Source: Salinispira sp. (GTDB lineage Bacteria; Spirochaetota; Spirochaetia; DSM-27196; Salinispiraceae). Taken from it: 64,000 bases of DNA. A program made the position numbers and the translations under genes. The stretch lies in NCBI GenBank assembly GCA_965602015.1, contig OZ271918.1, forward strand, positions 2,688,001 to 2,752,000, written 5' to 3'. The notes under the pieces are model-generated. The model did not search any database. It was given only the letters and a program-made list of their open reading frames with translations, and was not told the DNA's origin. Of this stretch, positions 28,227-38,529 are shown piece by piece. The first letter of the stretch is position 1. The number at the start of each line of letters is the position of its first letter.

Positions 28227-29543
28227 ATGCACAGTAGCGATATCGCTCATAAAGCACATACTGCGGCAATACGCCTTGCCGGTCTGGATTCAGCGGTAAA
28301 AAACCGCGCGCTTAGCAATATAATAGACGGCCTGGAAAAACGCCGTGATGAAATTGCCGCGGCAAACCGGGCCGATTTACTGCGCAGCGAAAAAGAGCAG
28401 CTTGCCGCTCCGCTTTTAAAACGATTGCGATTCAACGCAGAAAAACTCGAAGAGGTTGTCACGGGAATCCGGGCCCTCATCGAACTACCAGACCCCATCG
28501 GAGAAGTGCTCGAGGCCCGGGAGCTGTCTGAGGGCCTGAACCTCTACAAGGTCCGTTGCCCAATCGGCGTCATCGCCATGATATTCGAATCCCGGCCCGA
28601 CGCGGCAGTTCAAATCGCCACCCTTGCCCTGAAAAGCGGAAACGCCGTCCTGCTTAAAGGCGGGCGCGAAGCCCGGGAAACCGTGAATGTCCTGTGCTCC
28701 ATTATCCACGACGAGGCGGTACGCGCCGGGTTTCCCGAAGGCTGGGTCGGCGTCCTGGAGACCCGGGAAGAGGTTTCTGAAATCCTCACCCTGGACCAGT
28801 ATATAAACCTGATTATTCCCCGGGGATCAAACGAGTTCGTTCAGCATATCATGCGCAACAGCAATATTCCCGTGCTGGGTCATGCCGATGGAATTTGCCA
28901 TCAATACATTCACTCGGATGCGGACACGCAGATGGCCGTCGAGCTGGCCGTTGATTCCAAGACCCAATACGTCGCGGTGTGCAACGCCATGGAAACCCTG
29001 CTGATTCATTCCGATGCGGCGCAGCGCATTCTGCCGGTCATCGCGGAAAAAATGGCGGAAAAGTCTGTGGAACTGCGAGGATGCCCCAGGACCGGAGAAA
29101 TCCTGCGGCAAATCACCCCGGCTGCGGAAGAAGATTGGTCCACCGAATACCTCGACTATATTTTATCAATCAAGGTCGTCGACAGTCTTGAGGACGCCGT
29201 CGAGCATATAAACCGATACGGGTCCGGACACACCGACGGCATCATCACCGCAGACCCCGGGGCTGCCCGGCGCTTTATCTCGTCTGTGGACAGCGCCAGC
29301 GCCTTATGGAATTGCTCCACCCGGTTCGCAGACGGATTCCGCTACGGTCTTGGAGCCGAAGTAGGCATCAGCACCCATAAAATTCACGCCAGGGGGCCGG
29401 TGGGCATGGACGGCCTGACAATTTATCAGTGGCAGGCAATGGGCCAGGGGCAGACCGTAGGAGAATTTTCTGACGGACGCCGCAGCTATACCCACAAACC
29501 CATCGATACCGCTGGGTATCCCTTTCACGGCAAAGGGAAATAA
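28227..29543 (+). CDS. proA: Gamma-glutamyl phosphate reductase
   Basis: PIGVIAMIFESRP, AVCNAMETLL (catalytic Cys) and GAEVGIST.KIHARGP motifs. Confidence 0.97.
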   Translation: MHSSDIAHKAHTAAIRLAGLDSAVKNRALSNIIDGLEKRRDEIAAANRADLLRSEKEQLAAPLLKRLRFNAEKLEEVVTGIRALIELPDPIGEVLEARELSEGLNLYKVRCPIGVIAMIFESRPDAAVQIATLALKSGNAVLLKGGREARETVNVLCSIIHDEAVRAGFPEGWVGVLETREEVSEILTLDQYINLIIPRGSNEFVQHIMRNSNIPVLGHADGICHQYIHSDADTQMAVELAVDSKTQYVAVCNAMETLLIHSDAAQRILPVIAEKMAEKSVELRGCPRTGEILRQITPAAEEDWSTEYLDYILSIKVVDSLEDAVEHINRYGSGHTDGIITADPGAARRFISSVDSASALWNCSTRFADGFRYGLGAEVGISTHKIHARGPVGMDGLTIYQWQAMGQGQTVGEFSDGRRSYTHKPIDTAGYPFHGKGK

Positions 29544-29545
29544 GC

Positions 29546-30733
29546 GTGGCTTCACAAAGTCGGAACTCTTCAGCTGATGTGATGCAGAGCGGCAGCGAGG
29601 AGCAGGAGAGCCGCCGACGCCTTGCCGGGGCAAGGCGGGTTGTCATCAAAATCGGTACGGCGACCATCAGCTCCGCCGACGGTCCGGGAATCGATGTGCC
29701 GTATCTCACGTCGCTGGCCGCATCGGTAGCCGGGCTGCGGGAGAGGGGCATTCAGCCACTGATCGTCAGCTCCGGCGCCATCGGCATGGGGGCCCGGGCC
29801 CTGGGCCTCACACAGCGCAGTCAGAGCGTGAGCATGCGCCAGGCCTGCGCCTCCATAGGCCAGCCCGTGCTCATGCAGCATTACCGTGAAGCATTTCTCA
29901 GCTACGGCATCATCACTTCGCAAATACTGGTTACCAGGGATCTGTTCAATCAGCGCGACCGATTCAACAATTTGAAGAACACCGTCGAAAAGCTGCTCAA
30001 ACTGGGCACCGTGCCGATATTTAATGAAAACGACAGTATCAGCACCGAAGAAATCGGCTCGAATTTCGGCGATAATGATCAGCTGTCAGCCCACGTCGCC
30101 AGTAAAATCGATGCGGAGCTGCTCATCCTTTTGAGCGACATAGACGGACTGTATGACAGCAATCCCCGGCAGAACAGCGACGCCCGGTTTATCTCCTACG
30201 TTCCCGAGTTGCAGGACCGCCATCACCGTTCCGCCCGGGGCAAGGGAAGCGCCCACTCCACCGGCGGCATGGCCACCAAACTCAAAGCGGTCGAAATCGC
30301 CCGTGATGCGGGCTGCAGGGTGTTGCTGGCCAACGGCCGCGAGCCGGAAATACTCGAATCGATTATCGACGGCCGGCAGGTCGGCACCCTTTTTGAATCG
30401 AGCAAGGCGATTCGCCAGCGAAGCCGTTGGATAAAAAACGCCGCTCCCGCCGGGAGCATTACGGTGGACAGCGGCGCCCTCGACGCAATCCTCAAGCACC
30501 GGAGCCTTCTGCCTAGAGGCATCGTGGCGGTGGACGGGGTGTTCCCCCGCGGGTCGGTAGTGACGGTAAACGAAAAGGTTAAACTGATCAGCGCCTTCGA
30601 CAGCGGCGAGCTGGAAAAAATCATCGGCAAATTCAGCACCGAGATTTCCGATATCCTGGGTCCCGGTAGCCCGGAAGTGATAGCCCGCCCTGAAGACATG
30701 TTTATACCTGACAGTACTTCGCAGGGCGGGTGA
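29546..30733 (+). CDS. proB: Glutamate 5-kinase with PUA domain
   Basis: VVIKIGT, VSSGA, NENDS, FGDND and TGGMATK motifs; C-terminal PUA-like region. Confidence 0.95.
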   Translation: MASQSRNSSADVMQSGSEEQESRRRLAGARRVVIKIGTATISSADGPGIDVPYLTSLAASVAGLRERGIQPLIVSSGAIGMGARALGLTQRSQSVSMRQACASIGQPVLMQHYREAFLSYGIITSQILVTRDLFNQRDRFNNLKNTVEKLLKLGTVPIFNENDSISTEEIGSNFGDNDQLSAHVASKIDAELLILLSDIDGLYDSNPRQNSDARFISYVPELQDRHHRSARGKGSAHSTGGMATKLKAVEIARDAGCRVLLANGREPEILESIIDGRQVGTLFESSKAIRQRSRWIKNAAPAGSITVDSGALDAILKHRSLLPRGIVAVDGVFPRGSVVTVNEKVKLISAFDSGELEKIIGKFSTEISDILGPGSPEVIARPEDMFIPDSTSQGG

Positions 30734-30899
30734 TACCCGCCCTGAAGACATGTTTATACCTGACAGTACTTCGCAGGGCGGGTGATACCCGCCATAAAGA
30801 CATGTCTATACCTGACAGTACTTCGCAGGGCGGGTGATACCCGCCCTGAAGACATGTTTATACCTGACAGTACTTCGCAGGGCGGGTGATACCCGCCCT
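30684..30899. repeat. 52-bp tandem repeat, four copies plus an 8-bp partial copy
   Basis: Unit cccgccctgaagacatgtttatacctgacagtacttcgcagggcgggtgata starts at 30684, 30736, 30788 (3 substitutions) and 30840. Confidence 0.97.
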
Positions 30900-30902
30900 T
30901 TT
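30879..30902 (+). terminator. Probable terminator hairpin between convergent proB and the IMPase gene
   Basis: AGGGCGGGT-gat-ACCCGCCCT followed by TTT. Confidence 0.6.
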
Positions 30903-31743
30903 ACTCCGGGACCCGGCTGTCGGCCATGATGGATTCGAATGTATCCCGGTCCCGGCAGAAAATGGCGTGGCGCTTCATGCGCCAGTGCCTCCTTGGTTCA
31001 ACCGGGGGGATGTCCCAAAACTCATCATGCACCTCGGTGGTGAACTCCCTTCCGTCGTCGAAATACGCCCGCATTCCCAGTTTTTGCAGGATGGGCATTC
31101 CCGCCGCCAGGTCCCAAAGTCGGGTCCGGGTGAGGTATCCGATGCTTCCTCCGGTGGCTAAGTAGAACATGGCTGATACGCAGGATCCTGTAGAAAGGGC
31201 GGAGAATCGACCGTTATATCTCCCCCATTTAACGACGGTCTGACTCACGGTAATTACCGGACTGCTTTTTCTCGGTTCCGGCGGTTCGAGGGGTGATAGA
31301 TCATTGAGTGAGGGGAAGCCCTCGTGGCTTTTTCCGTAAAGAACCGCGCTTGCATCGCTCATTATCAGTTCGCCGGTAGAGGGGAACAGTATTGCTCCCT
31401 CGCTCAGCCGTCCGTGGTCCATATAGCCAAGGGAGATCCCCCAGCCCGGCAGGTCGTTTGAGTACAACACCGTTCCGTCCACAGGATCGGTAATGAAACA
31501 CTCTCCGTTTAATGCTTTTCGGTGATATTCATCGCCCTGCTTCTTTGACGTTTCTTCTCCGATAAAATAGCTATTTTTATGTCCGGATAGCCGTTTTACA
31601 ATGAGATCTTCGATGCGGGTGTCGGCTTCGGTGACAATGGTATTATCGCTTTTGATGCTGCGTTTTGCAGAATGTTGTATATCGAGGGCGAGGCGTCCGC
31701 ACTCGCCCAACAGGCCTGCAATTTCAGCGGGCTTCCAAGGCAT
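30901..31743 (-). CDS. Inositol monophosphatase family protein
   Basis: VTEAD, IGEE, DPVDGT and WDLAAG motifs. Confidence 0.9.
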   Translation of the reverse strand: MPWKPAEIAGLLGECGRLALDIQHSAKRSIKSDNTIVTEADTRIEDLIVKRLSGHKNSYFIGEETSKKQGDEYHRKALNGECFITDPVDGTVLYSNDLPGWGISLGYMDHGRLSEGAILFPSTGELIMSDASAVLYGKSHEGFPSLNDLSPLEPPEPRKSSPVITVSQTVVKWGRYNGRFSALSTGSCVSAMFYLATGGSIGYLTRTRLWDLAAGMPILQKLGMRAYFDDGREFTTEVHDEFWDIPPVEPRRHWRMKRHAIFCRDRDTFESIMADSRVPE

Positions 31744-31841
31744 ACTTCCTCCCGTATATAATCAAAGAGTACCAGAAGCCGCCCCGGCTTACAATTAAGC
31801 GCCCAAGCCGAGGGCTCTACCACATACCCAGGAGACATGCG

Positions 31842-32285
31842 ATGAATACCCGGATACTCGCCTGCATCGACTTTTCACCCCTTACAGAAAGAATCGCCGA
31901 GGAAGCAAAAAAAATGGCAGCGGCGACCGGCGGATCGGTCATGCTCGTCAGCGTGATCGGGGAAAAACCGTCGATGCCCCAGTCGGTGGTCCACGACAAC
32001 ACCCTCGAGGAAGAGGGTACTAAACGAAGGAAACTCATAAAGCGGCTCATGGATCTTCGGGACGATATGCAGGACGCGGATATTCCCTGCAGCGTTTCAA
32101 CCCCAAGCGGAAGCGTAGCCGAAGCCATAGCCCGGGAAGCCGTTGATTTTTCGGCGGATTATATCCTGATGGGGAGTCACGGGAACGGTGCCATGTACCA
32201 CCTTGTAGTGGGATCGGTGGCCGAGGGAGTTCTCAAACGGACCGGCAAACCGGTCATCCTCGTCCCTTCGAAGGACGGTCAGTAG
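31842..32285 (+). CDS. Universal stress protein (USP)
   Basis: RILACIDFS and ILMGSHG......VGSVAEGVL....PVILVP motifs; ATG at 31842 follows GGAG. Confidence 0.9.
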   Translation: MNTRILACIDFSPLTERIAEEAKKMAAATGGSVMLVSVIGEKPSMPQSVVHDNTLEEEGTKRRKLIKRLMDLRDDMQDADIPCSVSTPSGSVAEAIAREAVDFSADYILMGSHGNGAMYHLVVGSVAEGVLKRTGKPVILVPSKDGQ

Positions 32286-32295
32286 GAGCCTGTGA

Positions 32296-33501
32296 TTACC
32301 GGAGGTTGTAGAGCATGGCTTTGAGCGCTTCGCTTTGCAGCTTCCGGGGGTTATTCCGGGCCTGGCGGGGATTGAACCCTCCGTCTACCAGCCGATGGAT
32401 GTCATCCCTGGTGCTCACCCCAAGGTCATGCAGACTCCCCGGAAGTCCGAAATCATTCCTCATCTGGCTCAGGCGAATCGCCGCTTCGTGGGGAGTCTCC
32501 TCTCCCATGGCCCGGCATATTTCCAGAATGCTTTGGCGGACCCACATCGCCCCATTGGGATGCTGACAGTCGCCGTCGTCAAGCTGATAATTGTATTCGA
32601 TAAATCCCGGCAGCAGCACGGCCAAACCCATGCCGTGGGGCACTTTGAACAAGCTGGTTAGATAAAATGCCAGGGCGTGGGGTCCCGTGAGGCCTGACTG
32701 ATCCAGGCTCCGGGCTGCACGAATAGAGCTGTTGGCCAGGGAAAGCAGGGCTTCCTCGCTTCCCGCAACCGCTTCGGGAAGGGCCCGATAGAGTTCTTCC
32801 AGGGCGGACAGACTCTCGTCATGGGCATCCGCATCGGCTTTCGCCGACCATATTCCCTCGATGGCATGGGCGATGCTGTCAAAACCCTCCCCGGCAATCT
32901 GGTTCGGACTTTGCATGATGCTGAAAAAGGGGTCGAAACAGGCGAGGTCCGGCACCAGCCGGTCATCCTGCAACTCGCAGGTTTTCCGGCCGCGCAGATA
33001 GTAGGCCCTCGAACTTACCGCCGAGCCGCTGCCAAAACCGCTTGAAACCGCGAATACTTTTGGTCTGGCATCCCGGCTCGCCCGGAATCTCATGATTTTT
33101 TTCGTGAGTATGTCGTCTTCAGCGTCGGGATGAAGAAATGATTCGAACAGGTAAATCTCATCTTCGTCGGCATCATAGAGGTAATGCCTGAGCATCTTGC
33201 CCAGATCAATGGCCCCTTCCCTGCCGAGACAAATAATCGAATCAAAATCCCTGTCCATGTAGTAATGAAGGGCATCGCCGATTTCTGCATTGGAAAGGGG
33301 ATACGTGAATGAAGAATACAGCCGATAGTGCTGTTTCCTGATTTTGCTATTTGAAAGTACCTGGGTGAAGGGAACAATATCCCAGGCTTTTTTCGAAGCC
33401 AGGATCAGCGGTTTGCCGATCTGCCAGTGCTCCAGAACCTCGACCAAATGCGAGGTCCCTTGATTGCCAACGTACACATCTTGAAGTATCCCAGCTCGCA
33501 T
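32296..33501 (-). CDS. Iron-containing alcohol dehydrogenase family protein, divergent
   Basis: Metal-ligand motifs DSIAHAIE, PHAL and VPHG; C-terminal NNPR; GGGS motif replaced by GREG. Confidence 0.75.
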   Translation of the reverse strand: MRAGILQDVYVGNQGTSHLVEVLEHWQIGKPLILASKKAWDIVPFTQVLSNSKIRKQHYRLYSSFTYPLSNAEIGDALHYYMDRDFDSIICLGREGAIDLGKMLRHYLYDADEDEIYLFESFLHPDAEDDILTKKIMRFRASRDARPKVFAVSSGFGSGSAVSSRAYYLRGRKTCELQDDRLVPDLACFDPFFSIMQSPNQIAGEGFDSIAHAIEGIWSAKADADAHDESLSALEELYRALPEAVAGSEEALLSLANSSIRAARSLDQSGLTGPHALAFYLTSLFKVPHGMGLAVLLPGFIEYNYQLDDGDCQHPNGAMWVRQSILEICRAMGEETPHEAAIRLSQMRNDFGLPGSLHDLGVSTRDDIHRLVDGGFNPRQARNNPRKLQSEALKAMLYNLR

Positions 33502-33621
33502 ACGATAACTATATACCGATATTATGAGAATTGGGTTATAAATTTCGAAAAAATGCGTTTTTTTCTGTATTTTTTTACATTTCTGCTACATTCCTGTCTA
33601 GTAAGAAGTTAGAATGCAGCA

Positions 33622-34422
33622 ATGACAAAAACCGGATTCGGCACGCATATCGCATGGCTTTCAGACATTCATATCGGCGCTGAAGGGGAGCTTCCCCACG
33701 GCGTGGATGTCAGGAATAACTTCATCAGGCTGATCCGCGATATCGCCGTCTTCGAGCCGGAGGTCCTCGTCCTGGGCGGCGACTTATGCCGCTGGGAGGG
33801 CGATGCCCGGGTATACCGCTGGATATCCGGCATCCTGAATGAGATTTCAGCGGATTGCAGAATCTGGGTTCTTCCGGGAAATCACGACGATCCCGCTCTG
33901 ATGAAGCAGACAGACGGACCGGTGAGTGTAGCCGGTCAGCTGCCCCGGATTGAACTGGTTTCCAGCCCTGCCGGAGATGTACGCTGCTTTCTCCTTGACA
34001 GTTCTCCCGGTGACCTGGACAGCAGTCAGCTCCGTTGGCTAGCCGCAGAGATGGATAAGGCGGAGGATGCGGCCCAATCCGGCACTGTGGCCGAACAGCT
34101 CCCGCCACTGGTATTCATCCACCATCCCCCTGCCCTGATGGGTGTCCCGTTTATGGATCGGAACTATCCTCTGAAAAACCACCGCGAACTGTCGGCCCTG
34201 CTTGAGACCCGGTGCTGTTGGGTTTTCAGCGGCCATTACCATTGCGATGTTCAGCGGAATATCGGTCTCAGCACGGCGTTTGCCAGTCCGTCGGCATTTA
34301 CGGCCATCAGCCCCCTCGCCGAGACCCATGTGCCCGACGCGGTGCCGCCGGGCTGGCGGCTGATCCGCATTGATGAGCAGGGGCTGCACACCTACCCCCG
34401 CTACCTTTATCCGATGCCCTGA
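33622..34422 (+). CDS. Metallophosphoesterase, CpdA/Icc-like cyclic nucleotide phosphodiesterase
   Basis: SDIH, GGDL, PGNHD, HHPP and GHYH motifs. Confidence 0.85.
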   Translation: MTKTGFGTHIAWLSDIHIGAEGELPHGVDVRNNFIRLIRDIAVFEPEVLVLGGDLCRWEGDARVYRWISGILNEISADCRIWVLPGNHDDPALMKQTDGPVSVAGQLPRIELVSSPAGDVRCFLLDSSPGDLDSSQLRWLAAEMDKAEDAAQSGTVAEQLPPLVFIHHPPALMGVPFMDRNYPLKNHRELSALLETRCCWVFSGHYHCDVQRNIGLSTAFASPSAFTAISPLAETHVPDAVPPGWRLIRIDEQGLHTYPRYLYPMP

Positions 34423-34979
34423 AACCCCATAAAGGCCAGGGCCAGCAGTCCGGCGGTAACCAGGGAAATGGGAGCCCCCTTCATGGCCTTGGGCAAATTC
34501 GCAAACTCCAGGCGTTCGCGGATTCCGGCGAAGATAAAAAGCGCAAGGGTGAATCCGATGGCGCTTGCAACGGCGAACACAACCCCTTCTCCGAGATTGT
34601 AATTATTGCGAACGACCAGGAGGGCAACGCCGAGAATAGCGCAGTTCGTGGTTATGAGCGGCAGGAAAACGCCGAGGGCCTGATAGAGCACCGGCGATAC
34701 CTTTTTGATAATCAGTTCGACCATCTGAACCAGACCGGCGATGACCAGAATAAAGGCGACGGTTTGGAGGAAGGTGATTTGCAGCGGCACGAGTATCAGA
34801 TTCTGAATGAGAAAGGTGACGATGCTCGCCAGGGTCATGACGAACATTACCGCCGCCCCCATTCCCAGAGCGGTGGAAATCCGGGAGCTCACCCCGAGAA
34901 AAGGGCAAATCCCCAAAAACTGAACGAGTACGATGTTATTTACCAGTGCCGCACTTATAAACAGGCTGAACAAATTCAT
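34407..34979 (-). CDS. rnfA: Rnf complex subunit A
   Basis: FLGICPFLGVS and LPLITTNCAILG motifs. Confidence 0.95.
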   Translation of the reverse strand: MNLFSLFISAALVNNIVLVQFLGICPFLGVSSRISTALGMGAAVMFVMTLASIVTFLIQNLILVPLQITFLQTVAFILVIAGLVQMVELIIKKVSPVLYQALGVFLPLITTNCAILGVALLVVRNNYNLGEGVVFAVASAIGFTLALFIFAGIRERLEFANLPKAMKGAPISLVTAGLLALAFMGFQGIG

Positions 34980-34989
34980 ATAGACCCTC

Positions 34990-35595
34990 CTAGCTCCGGG
35001 CACCCGCCGAGCGGGCCTTTACGGCATTTACCGAAGCAATAATCAACCCCAGCGCAATAAATGCTCCGGGCGGCATGATAAACAGAAGCATGGTGGTGGC
35101 ATTCTCCCCGACGAAACTGAAGCCGAACAGCGAACCGTTGCCGAGGATTTCCCGCACTGAACCGAGCATGGTCAGCGCCATGGCGAAACCGAGGCCCATT
35201 CCGAGCCCGTCGAAGAGGGACGACAGCACGCCGTTTTTCCCGGCAAAAGCCTCCGCCCGTCCGAGGATTATGCAGTTGACGACTATGAGGGGAATAAACA
35301 GTCCGAGCTGCTCGTGGAGGCTGGGTAGCCGGGCGGCCATCATCAAGTCAATTACCGTAACAAAGCTGGCGATAACGACGATGTAGGCGGGAATCCGCAC
35401 CTTGTCGGGGATGAAATTCTTGATGGCGGCGATGACCATATTCGAACCCAGCAACACCGAAGTGGTGGCCAGCCCCATGGCCAGGCCGTTCATCGCCGAG
35501 TTGGTAACGCCCAGGGTGGGACACATTCCCAGAAGCAGGACAAATACCGGGTTTTCCCGGAAGAATCCCTTGCTGAAGGTCTTAGTCAGACTCAT
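34990..35595 (-). CDS. rnfE: Rnf complex subunit E
   Basis: ENPVFVLLLGMCPTL and IPLIVVNCIILGRAE motifs. Confidence 0.95.
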   Translation of the reverse strand: MSLTKTFSKGFFRENPVFVLLLGMCPTLGVTNSAMNGLAMGLATTSVLLGSNMVIAAIKNFIPDKVRIPAYIVVIASFVTVIDLMMAARLPSLHEQLGLFIPLIVVNCIILGRAEAFAGKNGVLSSLFDGLGMGLGFAMALTMLGSVREILGNGSLFGFSFVGENATTMLLFIMPPGAFIALGLIIASVNAVKARSAGARS

Positions 35596-36161
35596 TGAAC
35601 ACCTCCGAAATAGCCTTCTGCGGACTTCCATGCGCGATTAACCGCATCGACATACGCCCTGGAGCTGATGGTAGCCGCGGTAACCGAATCTATAGCGCCC
35701 CCGTCCTTTCCCACCGCCAGGGACTGATCGGCTCCCAGCGACAGCCCGCGGAACTGCCGGGCAAAGGCCTCATCGTTGACCTTGCTTCCCAGTCCCGGGG
35801 TTTCCGCGTGGCGGACTGCGGTGGCGTTTATCAGCTCTCCCGCCGGAGTGAAGCCCGCCATAACCTGCATTTCTCCGCTGAACGCCTGATCGGTGATGCC
35901 GAGGACGGCGACAGCCACCAGATCGCCGTCGCGGTATGCCGGGTAAAGCCGATACCCCCCGGCTTCGGTCTGGTCTGCCAGGAGATCGTTATCGTAATCC
36001 GGGAGAACCGCTTCCAGGGCCGACAACTGCTTCGCCAGCTGATGGGCGGCGATAGCTTCCCGGGTGTATTCGAATGTGGCCGCCAACAGGCCGGCGGAAA
36101 TCAGGGCGATGGCCAGGAGCACCACCAGCATGTTCGCGAAGCTCGACTCGAGTTTTTTCAT
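35592..36161 (-). CDS. rnfG: Rnf complex subunit G
   Basis: N-terminal TM helix, ETPGLG and the FMN-attachment motif DSVTAATISS. Confidence 0.93.
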   Translation of the reverse strand: MKKLESSFANMLVVLLAIALISAGLLAATFEYTREAIAAHQLAKQLSALEAVLPDYDNDLLADQTEAGGYRLYPAYRDGDLVAVAVLGITDQAFSGEMQVMAGFTPAGELINATAVRHAETPGLGSKVNDEAFARQFRGLSLGADQSLAVGKDGGAIDSVTAATISSRAYVDAVNRAWKSAEGYFGGVQ

Positions 36162-37189
36162 GTACCGGCCTCCTTTTTTTGGGATTTCTGCGCTGCGGGT
36201 GCCTGTCCGGGCCGGGCGCCGAATCGCTTGGGGAGCACGTACTTGTCGATAACCGGGACGAATGCATTCATGATGAGAATGGCGTAGCTCACCCCTTCGG
36301 GATACGCGCCGAACAGCCTGATCAATCCCGTCAGGGTTCCCGCAGATGCGGCGTAAATAACCCTGCCTTTGAAGGTCATGGGACTGGTGACCATGTCGGT
36401 GGCCATAAACCATGCGCCGAGCATTGCGCCGCCTGCCAGCAGATGGAACAGCGGGTCTGCATAGCTCGCCGGATCGATGAGCCAGAATATTCCGGTAAAC
36501 AGACCGAGGCTGCCGAGGAACAGCAGGGGAACTTCCCAGCTGATGACCTTTTTATAGAGCAGGAACAGCCCTCCGATGAGTATCGCCAGGGCCGAGATTT
36601 CCCCGGCAGATCCGCTTATCCGTCCGAGAAAAAGATCCATATAGCCCGGGAGATCGGCTGTTGCGCCGCCCTCCGCAAGCCGGGCGAGGGGGGTGGAACT
36701 GCTCACCGCATCGATGTTCCAGGTCAACAAGCCCTGCCCTCTCTGCGGCCAGGTGGCCATATGGCCTGGAAAGGAAGCCAGCATAAATGCCCGTCCGACC
36801 AGCGCCGGATTAAAGGGATTGTGTCCAAGCCCGCCGAATGCCATTTTGCCCAGGCCGAGGGCGAATACCGCGCCGGCGGCCACCATCCACAGGGGGATTC
36901 CCGCCGGAACATTAACGCTCAAAAGCAGTCCTGTCAGCAGTGCAGAGCCGTCGGATATGCGGCTTTCCCTCTTGAGCAGGAACCGGGTCACCGCCCATTC
37001 GGTGACCAGCGACGTCACCACGGCTACCGCCACAATGGCCAGAACCCGAATCCCGAATGACCAGACGCTGACTGCCAGAGCCGGCAGCAGGGCGAGGTTT
37101 ACCGCCCACATTACCGAGGAAACCGAATCCCTGCTTTGCACATGGGGCGAGAGTGAAATGGTAAACCTGTGCGCTGTTGTGTTTGCCAT
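36158..37189 (-). CDS. rnfD: Rnf complex subunit D
   Basis: FGGLGHNPFNPALVGR, SSSTPL (FMN Thr) and FMATDMVTSP motifs. Confidence 0.95.
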   Translation of the reverse strand: MANTTAHRFTISLSPHVQSRDSVSSVMWAVNLALLPALAVSVWSFGIRVLAIVAVAVVTSLVTEWAVTRFLLKRESRISDGSALLTGLLLSVNVPAGIPLWMVAAGAVFALGLGKMAFGGLGHNPFNPALVGRAFMLASFPGHMATWPQRGQGLLTWNIDAVSSSTPLARLAEGGATADLPGYMDLFLGRISGSAGEISALAILIGGLFLLYKKVISWEVPLLFLGSLGLFTGIFWLIDPASYADPLFHLLAGGAMLGAWFMATDMVTSPMTFKGRVIYAASAGTLTGLIRLFGAYPEGVSYAILIMNAFVPVIDKYVLPKRFGARPGQAPAAQKSQKKEAGT

Positions 37190-37191
37190 GA

Positions 37192-38529
37192 TTATTTCCC
37201 CTTCCTCTTGGCGGCGATAACCGCCGCCTTGCCGAGGCGGATATAGTCCACCAGCGGACGGTGCGAAGGACAGGTGTAGGAGCAGCTGCCGCATTCCACG
37301 CAGTCCAGGATGTTTCGCTTTTCCGCGTCGCCGTAGCGCTTCATTTCGCTGAGCTGCTGCAGAAGATAGGGTTCCAAACCCATGGGACAGGCATGTACGC
37401 AGCGGCCGCATCGAATGCAGTCCTCGACCTTGCTCCGGGCAGCTTCTTCCGCGGTCAGCACCAGAATGCCGCCGGTTCCTTTGGTGACCGGGATGTCCAG
37501 CCTTTGGGCTGCCTTGCCCATCATCGGCCCCCCGAGGATGACCTTGCCCGCTTGTTCACTGAGCCCGCCGGCGGCATTAATTACATCCTGCAGGGGCGTG
37601 CCGATACGCACGAGAAAGTTCCCGGGGCGTTTGACCCCCCGGCCGGTGACCGTAACAACCCGGCGCACCAGGGGGATGTTCCGCATGTAGGCGTCATAGG
37701 CGGCCTTGGCGGTGGCCACATTGTTCACTACGCATCCCACCTCTATCGGAAGGGTTCCCGAGGGGACCTCCCTGCCGGTAACCGCACGGATAAGCTGCTT
37801 TTCGGCGCCTTGGGGGTACTTAACCTTCAGGGGCTGCACCGCTATACCCACGCCGAGACGGGCGACCCGTTCGGCCATGTGCTCGAGGGCATCGGGCTTA
37901 TTGGCCTCGATGCCCATCACAACCCGATCAACCGAGAGATTACGCCTCAGGAGCTCGGTGCCCAGGATGATTTCATCGGCGTACTCGAGCATTATCCGGT
38001 GGTCTGAAGTCAGATAGGGTTCGCACTCGACGGCATTAATAAGGAGGGTGTCCGCTTTTTTGCCCGGGGGAAGGGAGTATTTAACATTGCTGGGGAAGGT
38101 GGCTCCCCCCAGCCCCACAACGCCCATTTCCAGCAGCTTTTCGTTTATACCCGGGGTTTCTTCCGGGAGGGCCGGGATTTCCGCTGAGAACGCATCAATG
38201 CCTTCCTCCCATTCGTCTCCGTCGACGGAAATTATTATCGCCTGCCGGGGGAAACCGGCCACATCGTAGGCGCTGGCCAATCGTTTGACCGTGCCTGATA
38301 CGGGAGAATGGACATTTGCGGAGATGAAGCCTTCGGCCTTGGCGATAAGGGTGCCGGTTTTTACCGCATCACCGGGCTTTACCAGCGGGCTGGCGGGCTT
38401 TCCGAGGTGCTGGCTCAAAAGCACCGTTACTTCTTTTGGGAGGGGCAGCTCGTAGATAGGGATGCCCGCTGTGAGTTTTTCCTCGGGTGGATGTATTCCG
38501 CCCATGGGGAAGGTCTTGAAAGCCGTCAT
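37192..38529 (-). CDS. rnfC: Rnf complex subunit C
   Basis: GGIHP, GLGGATFP, ECEPYLT.D, GGPMMG motifs; two CxxCxxCxxxCP clusters. Confidence 0.95.
   Translation of the reverse strand: MTAFKTFPMGGIHPPEEKLTAGIPIYELPLPKEVTVLLSQHLGKPASPLVKPGDAVKTGTLIAKAEGFISANVHSPVSGTVKRLASAYDVAGFPRQAIIISVDGDEWEEGIDAFSAEIPALPEETPGINEKLLEMGVVGLGGATFPSNVKYSLPPGKKADTLLINAVECEPYLTSDHRIMLEYADEIILGTELLRRNLSVDRVVMGIEANKPDALEHMAERVARLGVGIAVQPLKVKYPQGAEKQLIRAVTGREVPSGTLPIEVGCVVNNVATAKAAYDAYMRNIPLVRRVVTVTGRGVKRPGNFLVRIGTPLQDVINAAGGLSEQAGKVILGGPMMGKAAQRLDIPVTKGTGGILVLTAEEAARSKVEDCIRCGRCVHACPMGLEPYLLQQLSEMKRYGDAEKRNILDCVECGSCSYTCPSHRPLVDYIRLGKAAVIAAKRKGK

Noticed and set aside
30684..30899. Possible CRISPR array (regular repeats with a palindrome)
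   Set aside because: Units are head-to-tail with no unique spacers, the first copy is proB coding sequence, and no cas genes are nearby
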